Positions 55,747-63,612 of a stretch of DNA of 64,000 nt are shown piece after piece. The stretch lies in assembly GCA_021811275.1 (NCBI GenBank), contig JAJZPI010000004.1:106-64105 (forward strand), given 5' to 3'. A model generated the notes under the pieces. That model made no database searches and had not been told where the DNA came from. It saw only the letters and a list, made by a program, of their open reading frames with translations. Source of the DNA: Deltaproteobacteria bacterium (GTDB taxonomy: Bacteria > Desulfobacterota > Desulfarculia > Desulfarculales > Desulfarculaceae). Both the position numbers and the translations under genes were made by a program. Within the stretch, counting starts at the first letter, position 1, and each line of letters opens with the position of its first letter.

Positions 55747-57189
55747 ATGCCCATCGTGACCAAGGAAGACTACCTGCGGAGCCTGCGTGAACTGGGCAGC
55801 GTGATCTACCTGAACGGCGAGCGCATCGCCGACATCACCACCCACCCCGCCTTCACTCCGCACATCAACGCCGCAGCAAAAACCTACGAACTTGCCTTGC
55901 GCCCGGAAAGTGAAGACCTGGCCACGGCCATCAGCCATCTTACCGGCCAGCGCATCAACCGCTTCACCCACATCCATCAGTCGGTGGAGGACTTGATCAA
56001 GAAGGTCCAACTCCTGCGGCTTATCGCCCACGAGACCGGCAGCTGCTTCCAGCGCTGCGTGGGCTGGGACGCCATGAACGCCACCTACATGACCACCTAT
56101 GAGATCGACGAGAAGCACGGCACCAACTATCATCAGCGATTCATCGAGTACCTCAAGAAAATCCAGAGCGAGAATCTCATGCTGGTGGGCGGCATGACCG
56201 ATCCCAAGGGAGATCGCTCCTTGCCCCCGGCCGAGCAGCCCGACCCCGACCTTTTCACCCACGTGGTGGAGCGGCGCAACGACGGCATAGTCATCCGTGG
56301 AGCCAAGGCGCATCAGACCGGCGGGGCCAACAGCCATGAGATCCTGATCATGCCCACCCAAGCCATGCGCAAGGAGGACGCCGACTGGGCAGTGGTGGCG
56401 GCCATACCGCTGAACGCCCCCGGAGTGGTGCAGATTTTTGGTCGCCAGACCAACGACGAGCGCAGACTTACCAGCCGCCTTGATTCAGGCAATCCCGACT
56501 ACGGCTTGGTCGGCGGTGAAACTCTGATCGTCTTCGACAATGTTTTCGTGCCCTGGGAGCGTGTCTTCATGCTGGGAGAAAACGAGTTCGCCGGCCTGCT
56601 GGTCGAGCGCTTCGCCACTCTGCACCGCCAGAACTATGGCGGCTGCAAGGGCGGAGTAAGCGACATCCTCATCGGCGCCTGCAGCTTGGCCACCGAATAC
56701 CAGGGCATCTCCAAGGCCAGCCACGTTAAGGAGAAGCTGGCCGAAATGATCCACCTGGCCGAGACCATCTACTCCGGCTCGGTGGCCTGCTCGGTCATGG
56801 GCTCCAAGACCAAGAGCGGCGCCTATTATCCCGATCCCCTCCTTGCCAATTGCACCAAGCACAATGTCACCCGTCACGTCTATGAGATCGCCAGGCTTGC
56901 CCACGACGTAGCCGGAGGGATCCTTGCCACCATGCCCTCCGAGAAGGACCTGCGCAGTGGCGAGGTGGGCAACTACGTCGAAAAATACATGGCCGGCATC
57001 AAGGGCGTCTCCACCGAAAACCGATTGCGCATACTTCGCCTCATCGAGAACATGACCAGCGGAACGGCCCTGGTGGAGTCCATGCATGGCGCTGGTTCAC
57101 CACAGACTCAGAAGGTCATGTACGGTCGGCTGGGCAAGCTCGACATGAAGAAGAAGATGGCCGCAAAGCTGGTGGGCATAGATTCCTAG
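55747..57189 (+). CDS. 4-hydroxybutyryl-CoA dehydratase / vinylacetyl-CoA isomerase-like (HpaB/AbfD family)
   Basis: 480-aa ORF with AbfD-like N-terminal sequence and an ETGSCFQRCVG Cys pair at the position expected for [4Fe-4S] ligands. Confidence 0.75.
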   Translation: MPIVTKEDYLRSLRELGSVIYLNGERIADITTHPAFTPHINAAAKTYELALRPESEDLATAISHLTGQRINRFTHIHQSVEDLIKKVQLLRLIAHETGSCFQRCVGWDAMNATYMTTYEIDEKHGTNYHQRFIEYLKKIQSENLMLVGGMTDPKGDRSLPPAEQPDPDLFTHVVERRNDGIVIRGAKAHQTGGANSHEILIMPTQAMRKEDADWAVVAAIPLNAPGVVQIFGRQTNDERRLTSRLDSGNPDYGLVGGETLIVFDNVFVPWERVFMLGENEFAGLLVERFATLHRQNYGGCKGGVSDILIGACSLATEYQGISKASHVKEKLAEMIHLAETIYSGSVACSVMGSKTKSGAYYPDPLLANCTKHNVTRHVYEIARLAHDVAGGILATMPSEKDLRSGEVGNYVEKYMAGIKGVSTENRLRILRLIENMTSGTALVESMHGAGSPQTQKVMYGRLGKLDMKKKMAAKLVGIDS

Positions 57190-57200
57190 CGACCTCTGGT

Positions 57201-57430
57201 ACCAATATGCGATTAACGCCATCCATGGCTATCATCGCCGGTCGGCAGGGCAAAAGTGTGGATCGACACCACAAAGCAAGGTTTGTGCGGCCCCCGGTTT
57301 TGCTCTGCCTCGCGAGCGCTTGCGCGCACGGCGGGCCATCCCCCCGGGCCCCCAGCCAACTTGTTGGCTGGGGTTAGCTTTGGCCCGCACACCAATAAGC
57401 GTTCAAAGTTATCCTTTGAAAGCCTATTGG
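57201..57430 (-). repeat. Multi-hairpin dispersed repeat, copy B (inverted relative to copy A)
   Basis: Its reverse complement aligns with 17524-17714 and carries a roughly 44-nt insertion in one hairpin loop. The 8-bp ends TACCAATA and TATTGGTA are mutually inverted. Confidence 0.8.
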
Positions 57431-57462
57431 TATGAACCCTAATTGGGGCGATTATCTACTAC

Positions 57463-57491
57463 TTGACAGGTAGCCCCCGCCATGCTATGCT
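57463..57491 (+). promoter_or_regulatory. Sigma-70-like promoter inside the left IR (TTGACA-17 nt-TATGCT) for the transposase
   Basis: TTGACA at 57463-57468 and TATGCT at 57486-57491. Confidence 0.5.
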
Positions 57492-57511
57492 CTCCTTAAC
57501 AGTAAGGGAGT

Positions 57512-58438
57512 ATGGATATGGCCAAGCGCAGCAAGCCCCGAATCCACCAGATGACCATTGCTCAATTCGAGCAAGCCTTTACTAGCGAAGATGACTGCTC
57601 GGCTTATCTGCACGCTCACCGCTGGCCCGAGGGCGTACACTGCCCGCGCTGCGGTAACGAGAACGTCCACCCCCACAGCAGCAAGCCTTGGCATTGGCAA
57701 TGCTATCAATGCTCTCCTGGGAGCGTGGGCTATCGCTTTTCGGTGCTGGTCGGTACGATCTTCGAAAACACGAATAAGCCGCTGCGCCAGTGGTTCCGCG
57801 TTATTCACTTGATGCTCACCAGCAAGAAGGGCATCAGCGCGCTTCAGATTCATCGCATGATGGGCTTCGGCTCCTACCAGACTGCTTGGTCTATGTGCCA
57901 CAAGGTCCGCGCTGCCCTCGGCAACGTTGAATTCCGCCAGCTGGTGGGCTACGTTGAAATGGATGAAACATTTGTGGGCGGCAAGGCCAAGAACAAGCAC
58001 AAGGGTAAGGGCGGTCGTGGCGACTTCGGCGGGACTGGTGGCACGGGCAAGGAAATCGTGATCGGGGCTATCCAGAGGACCGGCAACGTGATCGCTAGGG
58101 TGATTGCCAATACCCGCACCGAAACCCTTGACGCCTTTGTGCGCGAAGCCGTGTCGCACCGGGTTAGCCTGCTCTCTACGGATGAGCGCAAGGGGTATCG
58201 CTGCCTTGATGGTGAATACCCGCACGGCACGGTTCGCCATGGCCAGGATGAATATGTTGCTGGTGCGATTCACACCAACACCATTGAGGGATTCTTTAGC
58301 ATATTCAAGCGTGGTATCATCGGCACGTTCCACAAGGTTAGCAAGAAGTATCTGCAATTGTACGTCAACGAATTCGAGTTTAGATATAACAACCGCTACA
58401 ATGATGATATTTTCGGAGCGGCGATAGCGGCATGCTGA
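57512..58438 (+). CDS. IS1595-family transposase (N-terminal zinc ribbon plus ISXO2-like DDE domain)
   Basis: 308-aa ORF with WPEGVHCPRCG...WQCYQC, GYVEMDETFVGG and NTIEGFFSIFKRG. A second ATG at 57518 is better spaced from the AAGGGAG RBS. Confidence 0.88.
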   Translation: MDMAKRSKPRIHQMTIAQFEQAFTSEDDCSAYLHAHRWPEGVHCPRCGNENVHPHSSKPWHWQCYQCSPGSVGYRFSVLVGTIFENTNKPLRQWFRVIHLMLTSKKGISALQIHRMMGFGSYQTAWSMCHKVRAALGNVEFRQLVGYVEMDETFVGGKAKNKHKGKGGRGDFGGTGGTGKEIVIGAIQRTGNVIARVIANTRTETLDAFVREAVSHRVSLLSTDERKGYRCLDGEYPHGTVRHGQDEYVAGAIHTNTIEGFFSIFKRGIIGTFHKVSKKYLQLYVNEFEFRYNNRYNDDIFGAAIAAC

Positions 58439-59313
58439 TAAAGTTTTGTTTATCAATAATCTTTCTGCTCGGCTTGGCAGTGGTTGCTCCTGCATCAGAG
58501 CCACCATCCCCAGGACCAGGGGAAAGCGGTACACCCCCACAAAATCCACCCATCCGCGCACAGCAGCAACCCGATGCCCACAAAGATATTCCTCCAAATG
58601 CCCCGCTTCATTTCAACGACAGCATAACCAGCCAAGTTAAATCCAAAAATGATCAAGACAAGACAGACAATGATTCTTCTACCAATTGGTGGACGATGTG
58701 GGGGATGTGGGGACTCGTATTCGTTGGCCTCGGCCAGATTGGAGTATTTATTTGGCAGCTCAGGTTGATTCGGCGCAGTCTTGACGTTGCAAAAGATGCT
58801 TCCGATGCCGCGAAAGAAGCCGCAGACGCCACCAAAGAACAAATCGAAATAGCCCGGCAAGAATTCCTTGCCACGCATAGACCCAAAATAATAATTAGAC
58901 GCATTAGTGGTTGTCTTGGGGGGCTTACTTCGGGTAAATTCCGAGAAATTATTTGTGTGGCTCACAACAGTGGGGAGACTGATGCCATTGTTTACGAATA
59001 CATTGTTGTTGGGGCTTTTCTTGAAGAAGAAATTCCAAATAACCCATTCCCGGAATCCCTGGAACTTCGCCAAAAAGAAATTATAATTCATGCAGGAGAG
59101 ACCAAAGAATTCCCCGTAAATATTATATATATCAATAGAAACCCCGAGACCATTGAGGAAAACAAAACTCTCCTTGCCCATTGCGTTGGTCTTATCAAGT
59201 ACAAAGATACCAACCCCACAAACGGTATCTGTAGAGAAACCGGATTCCACCGGCGATATGACGACGGAAGATTCAGCAAAATTGACGGCTCCGACTATGA
59301 GTACACCGACTAG
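58432..59313 (+). CDS. Hypothetical membrane-anchored protein, IS passenger gene
   Basis: 293-aa ORF whose ATG overlaps the transposase stop (ATGCTGA). The region is visibly AT-rich. The protein has a signal-like N-terminus, a Pro-rich segment, one TM helix (WGLVFVGLGQIGVFIW), an Ala/Asp/Lys coiled segment and a C-terminal domain of about 150 aa with no family I recognise. Confidence 0.6.
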   Translation: MLIKFCLSIIFLLGLAVVAPASEPPSPGPGESGTPPQNPPIRAQQQPDAHKDIPPNAPLHFNDSITSQVKSKNDQDKTDNDSSTNWWTMWGMWGLVFVGLGQIGVFIWQLRLIRRSLDVAKDASDAAKEAADATKEQIEIARQEFLATHRPKIIIRRISGCLGGLTSGKFREIICVAHNSGETDAIVYEYIVVGAFLEEEIPNNPFPESLELRQKEIIIHAGETKEFPVNIIYINRNPETIEENKTLLAHCVGLIKYKDTNPTNGICRETGFHRRYDDGRFSKIDGSDYEYTD

Positions 59314-59686
59314 CAGGGTGGTGGGTAGCAACTTCATGCTACACCGCGCCTGTCAAGTTTAGGATAATCGCCCTAATTAAGGATCACTTCATCGCCCCGC
59401 GCAATACCGGCGAAGCCACGGACGGCGAGGGCAAGGGTGGGTGCAATCCCTCCAGCCGGCGCCCCTTGGACGGCGCCGACGCCAACATCCTGTAGGGAGC
59501 CAGGAATATCCTTGCTTGACGACATGCGGGAAAATGTCTAACATGCTGTGTCAAGGGATGAAAAAAGGTGATTAATTCGCCGGTGGCCAAGGCCTGTTCA
59601 CCAATTTTGATGAAAGGCCGACTTCGCAGCCATGAGCATCCGCTCCGCTCACCCCCCGGCTGTCCGATCAATGAGGCCTCCCCATC

Positions 59687-60604
59687 GTGATGCCAGGAGA
59701 TGGATTGGCGGCACCCGCACAAATATTGGATTCCAAGGCCCACCTCAAGGCGGTGCAGAAACGCATCTTCGGCATCAAAAGCCTGGCAGCCATGCCCGAG
59801 GTGGCGTGGCGGCTCATGCGTGCCTTGAGCGACGAAAACACCACCATGGCCAACCTGGCCAAGCTCATTGAGAGCGATCAGGCCCTCACCTTCAAAGTCC
59901 TGAGCCTGGTGAACAGCTCCTTCTACGGCTTCGCCACCAAGATCAACACCGTCGAGCGCGCGGCCATGATGGTGGGGTTCCAGGAGTTGCAGGCACTGGC
60001 CCTTGGCGCCGGCCTCTCGGAGGCCTTCGATCTGCGCAAGGCCCCCGAGGGGTTTGACGGCGAGGCCCTGTGGCTGCATTGTCTGGCGGTTTCCTGGCTG
60101 GCACAGAAGCTGGCCGAGGCCATCTCCCACCCAGTGCCCAGCGAGGCCATGATCGCCGGGCTCCTGCACGACATGGGCAAGCTGGTCCTGGCCACCCATC
60201 TGAGCGACCTCTATGCCGAGGTCTTGCAGATGGAGCGCTCGGGCACTCCCTACCACGAGGCCGAGGAGCGCCTGCTCTTGCACCACGAGGTGATAGGCTA
60301 CTGGCTGGCCCAGCGCTGGGATCTGCCGGAGATACACGTGGAGGCCATCAGGTATCACCACGCGCCCAAGCCCAACCTGCCCTATCACGTGACGACCTAC
60401 CTGATATTCCTGGCCAACCGCATGGCCAAAGTCCTGGGGCTGGGCCTGGTCCAAGAGTCCAAGGACATCTGCCCGGTACACTACTCTAAGGTAATCAACT
60501 TGACCGAGCGGGATCTCACCCTGGCCCTCGAACAGGCCAGGCAGGACCTGCCGCCTTTCCTGGAAAAAATGCGCGGCATGCTGGCTGGCGGGGAAGATCG
60601 GTGA
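59687..60604 (+). CDS. HDOD-domain signal transduction protein
   Basis: 305-aa ORF with LKVLSLVNSSFYGF, GLLHDMGKLVL and HHEVIGYWLAQRW, typical of HDOD. Confidence 0.85.
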   Translation: MMPGDGLAAPAQILDSKAHLKAVQKRIFGIKSLAAMPEVAWRLMRALSDENTTMANLAKLIESDQALTFKVLSLVNSSFYGFATKINTVERAAMMVGFQELQALALGAGLSEAFDLRKAPEGFDGEALWLHCLAVSWLAQKLAEAISHPVPSEAMIAGLLHDMGKLVLATHLSDLYAEVLQMERSGTPYHEAEERLLLHHEVIGYWLAQRWDLPEIHVEAIRYHHAPKPNLPYHVTTYLIFLANRMAKVLGLGLVQESKDICPVHYSKVINLTERDLTLALEQARQDLPPFLEKMRGMLAGGEDR

Positions 60605-61221
60605 GCGGACACTCCCACGACGATCAGTCGGCCCTGCGGCTCAGGGTGCTACAGAACAACCTGGCCACGATTTCCGAACGGCTCGACGGCGCGCTCCGGC
60701 TTTTGTCGGCCATCTCCTCCTTGTCCCAGGCGCCGGTGCGGGCCAAGGGCCCGGCCCAGGCCGCCGATCAGATGCTTGACGTCCTGGTGCGGGCTCTTGA
60801 CAACATCATGAACTGCTCCGTCATGATCTATGATGCCGGCAGCAACCAGCTGCGCATGTTGGCGGTGCGTGGTCAGGCCGAATTCTTCGGCGATACCGTT
60901 TTCGGAGGAAGCCAGCATCTCACCTTCCGGCCAGGCGAGGGCATCGCCGGGCGGGTCTACAGCGAACAACAGCCGGTTTTTTGGAGTGAAAAAACCGTCC
61001 CACAATCGCCTCTCAAGGTATTCGCCGATTCCGACATCCCCGCGGCCATCGCCTGCCTGCCCCTACAGGTCAGGGAAGGCTGCCTGGGAGTTCTCAACCT
61101 ATCCTTCTCCGACCCCATGGACTTCACCTTCAATGAGCAGCGCAACCTGGTCCTGCTCAGCCAAGTGGTGGCCAACGCCATCCACAACTTGATCCTGCTG
61201 GACCAGCCGGCGGCCAGCTGA
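60601..61221 (+). CDS. GAF-domain protein
   Basis: 206-aa ORF with a GTG start overlapping the HDOD stop. The GAF-like core includes GEGIAGRVYSEQQPVF and LPLQVREGCLGVLNLS. Confidence 0.7.
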   Translation: MSGHSHDDQSALRLRVLQNNLATISERLDGALRLLSAISSLSQAPVRAKGPAQAADQMLDVLVRALDNIMNCSVMIYDAGSNQLRMLAVRGQAEFFGDTVFGGSQHLTFRPGEGIAGRVYSEQQPVFWSEKTVPQSPLKVFADSDIPAAIACLPLQVREGCLGVLNLSFSDPMDFTFNEQRNLVLLSQVVANAIHNLILLDQPAAS

Positions 61222-61400
61222 CCTCCCGCCGCTGGCTCCCGGCGGCTGTTTGTTACCCAAAACAATAGTTCCGGCGAGAGATAGAGACTTCCGGCAGAGT
61301 GGCGCTGCCGGTAAACTTAAAAGGCTGTGGGCAAAACGGCCGCGGACAGGTGCGAGTTGCTTGAGCAATCCTCCGTCTACCCTACGCCCAGTCCTCAACT

Positions 61401-61440
61401 GAAAAGCAAAAGGGGCTAGGTCTTATGACCTAACCCCTTG
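61401..61440 (-). terminator. Rho-independent terminator downstream of the tRNA pair
   Basis: On the minus strand, an AAGGGGTTAGGTC-ataa-GACCTAGCCCCTT hairpin is followed by a T-rich tract (TTTGCTTTTC). Confidence 0.7.
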
Positions 61441-61448
61441 CTAAAACT

Positions 61449-61524
61449 TGGCAGTCCCAACGGGACTCGAACCCGTGTCTTCGGCGTGAGAGGCCGATAT
61501 CCTAGACCGCTAGACGATGGGACC
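61449..61524 (-). tRNA. tRNA-Glu (anticodon CTC), CCA encoded
   Basis: Cloverleaf folded by hand. Acceptor GGTCCCA/TGGGACT, anticodon stem TCGGC/GCCGA, loop CTCTCAC, T-arm ACGGG-TTCGAGT-CCCGT. Confidence 0.85.
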
Positions 61525-61544
61525 GCAGTGCTTCAACCGCCGTT

Positions 61545-61618
61545 TGGCTGGGGGACAAGGATTCGAACCTTGATAGGCAGATCCAGAGTCTGCAGTCCTG
61601 CCGTTAGACGATCCCCCA
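61545..61618 (-). tRNA. tRNA-Gln (anticodon CTG), CCA encoded
   Basis: Acceptor TGGGGGA/TCCCCCA (U1-A72, G73), anticodon stem GCAGA/TCTGC, loop CTCTGGA, T-arm CAAGG-TTCGAAT-CCTTG. Confidence 0.85.
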
Positions 61619-61730
61619 GCAAGCAAGATACTTAATATCGGAAGCCCGGCTGATCGTCAAGGGCCTTTGCTCAGGATTCACCGCCTGATCCTGGGCCGCT
61701 CAGCCCGGACCCCGGCCATGCGCCGACGGC

Positions 61731-63176
61731 CTACCTGGCGCAGGAGTTGCTCAAGCCGCCCGAGGAACTCCGTACCTGGCAGTTGTAGCAGTTCTGATAG
61801 TCGTTGGCCCGGAGGTTGGCGATGCCGCACCAGTACGCCTTGAATTCGCTGTCCCTGAACGGACTCACACGATTGCCGGCTTTGTACTGGGTGGTGTAGG
61901 CATCGCGCAGGCGCTGGTCGCCGGCCAGAGCGTCGAAGATGGCCCTGCCCGCATCGGAGGTAATGCCCGCCTGGCCATAGGCCTGGAGAAAGCTGTATTC
62001 GCCGCGCCAGAGTGGCAGCGAGGCTCCCACGTCCAAATAGTGGGTGGTGAAGTCCAGCAACGCACCGCTGGCGGGGTCGTAGGTGAAGACCTGAAAGGCG
62101 GGGTTGTTGCCGAACTGGGGGCTCGTCGCCGGGGTGATGTGCAGATAGGCCAAGGCCTTCCCGGGCGGGGAGGTGCTCATGACAAGGCGGAAGTCGTCCA
62201 TGTGGGTATGGCCCGCAAAGGTGCAGACGATGTTGTCGCTGTACCGCTCCATGAGGTCCAGGTAGCGGGCGGTGTGCGATGAACTCCAAAAGCTGGTCAC
62301 CCTGCTTACATCATCCTGGGTATTGGCCGAGTCATGAATTGTGTTGAAGACGTTGGCGCCCGGCGGGATGTGGGAAAGGAGGTATATCTTTCCCCCTGCG
62401 GCCTGGGCCGCTTTCAGCTGCCCCTCCAGCCAGTCCAGCTCGGCCGTGCCGGGGTCAACGCCCGCGCCGGGTTGGCGTTTCACGGAAAAGAACACGCTGT
62501 TCAGGCTGATGATCCGGATATTGCTCTCGCCGGACGGCGTTAGGGAATAGTAGCCGCCGGTCGGGTATTGGCGCAGGAAATCATTGCGCTCATAGACGCC
62601 GGAGAAAAAGTGCTGGCCGAAGACATCGCCGGTGTCCTTGAGGAAGCTTCCGCCCGCGCTGATCAGGTAATCGCCCTCGTAGGCATCGTTGTTGCCCAGG
62701 GAAATGAAAACCGGAATCCCCGGGAAGTGTTGCTCGATCTCCCAGGCGAAGAAGGTCACGGTCTTGGCGATGAAGGACTCCAGGCCAGACTGGCTGGAGT
62801 CGCCGGTGGCGGACTGGTAGAGCTGGCCGAAGTTGTGGGCCAGGATGTCGCCGGTGAAGATCAGGAAGTCCGGATTGGGTTCGACCAGGCGCATATCGGC
62901 CAGGGTCGAGACGAAAAGGGCGTAGTTGGCTTCCTGGTTGTAGGTGCTGGGGGCGTCAGCCGTGCGCGAGAGGATCGGCTCCCATTCACAGGCCGGCGCT
63001 GCGGTCAGCTCGGCCACCAGGGATTGATCGGCGAAGGGGTTGAAATGCAGATCGGAGAAGGCGAGGAACTTGCCGGAGGCGGCCAGGGCCAGGCCCGGGG
63101 CAGCCAGCCAGAGCAAAAGGACCAGGCCGGCCAAGAGGCGGGAGAAGGCGCGGGGAAGGGGGCTCGGGCGGGCCAT
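61731..63176 (-). CDS. Secreted calcineurin-like metallophosphoesterase (acid-sphingomyelinase-like phosphodiesterase type)
   Basis: 481-aa ORF with a signal peptide (LLLWLAAPGLALA) and the motifs FSDLHFNP, TGDILAHN, GNNDAYEG and FAGHTHMD. Confidence 0.8.
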   Translation of the reverse strand: MARPSPLPRAFSRLLAGLVLLLWLAAPGLALAASGKFLAFSDLHFNPFADQSLVAELTAAPACEWEPILSRTADAPSTYNQEANYALFVSTLADMRLVEPNPDFLIFTGDILAHNFGQLYQSATGDSSQSGLESFIAKTVTFFAWEIEQHFPGIPVFISLGNNDAYEGDYLISAGGSFLKDTGDVFGQHFFSGVYERNDFLRQYPTGGYYSLTPSGESNIRIISLNSVFFSVKRQPGAGVDPGTAELDWLEGQLKAAQAAGGKIYLLSHIPPGANVFNTIHDSANTQDDVSRVTSFWSSSHTARYLDLMERYSDNIVCTFAGHTHMDDFRLVMSTSPPGKALAYLHITPATSPQFGNNPAFQVFTYDPASGALLDFTTHYLDVGASLPLWRGEYSFLQAYGQAGITSDAGRAIFDALAGDQRLRDAYTTQYKAGNRVSPFRDSEFKAYWCGIANLRANDYQNCYNCQVRSSSGGLSNSCAR

Positions 63177-63347
63177 GGCTGCGCTCCTGGCTCAAGGTGC
63201 GTCAAGGCTGCGATCCGGTGTGGGTTTTTCAGACTATAAGCCATGAGGGCGAGGCTGGACAAGACCCCGCCAGGGCGAGGGGGGGAGGCTGGGCCGCCTC
63301 CTCAAACAAAAAGCGGCCGGGGACCACCCGACCGCCTGCTTTGTCTT

Positions 63348-63434
63348 TGGTGCCGAAGGGGAGACTCGAACTCCCACACCCGTACGGGTACTAGACCCTG
63401 AACCTAGCGCGTCTACCAATTCCGCCACTTCGGC
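63348..63434 (-). tRNA. tRNA-Leu (anticodon CAG), long variable arm, CCA encoded
   Basis: Acceptor GCCGAAG/CTTCGGC, anticodon loop TTCAGGG, variable arm GTACCCGTACGGGTGT, T-arm GGGAG-TTCGAGT-CTCCC. Confidence 0.88.
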
Positions 63435-63612
63435 ATGGTCCCCGGGGCGTCCGGCCCGGCTTGCGCCAAGGGCCTAAGCTTGCCAAGTTCCGGGGCGAAG
63501 TCTATAATCCCACCCCGTGGTTGTCAAGGCCCTAATCCGGCCAAAATCCGAGCCCGCGGGCCCTCCAAACCCCTTCAGGCCGAGCGGCCCGCCGGCCGGG
63601 AGCTTTCCGCCC

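Larger units (their letters stand above)
57433..59386 (+). mobile_element. IS1595-family insertion element with passenger gene
   Basis: The imperfect terminal inverted repeats are 57437-57470 (CCCTAATTGGGGCGATTATCTACTACTTGACAGG) and the reverse complement of 59349-59382 (CCTTAATTAGGGCGATTATCCTAAACTTGACAGG), matching at 28 of 34 positions by hand. They enclose the transposase and one extra ORF. Confidence 0.8.

Noticed and set aside
58495-59337. 280-aa minus-strand ORF inside the IS passenger region
   Set aside because: It is antisense to the 293-aa ORF. Its Phe/Asn/Gly-rich sequence has no charged-domain organisation and no start context. The plus-strand ORF is coupled to the transposase and looks more protein-like. 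This was not proven.
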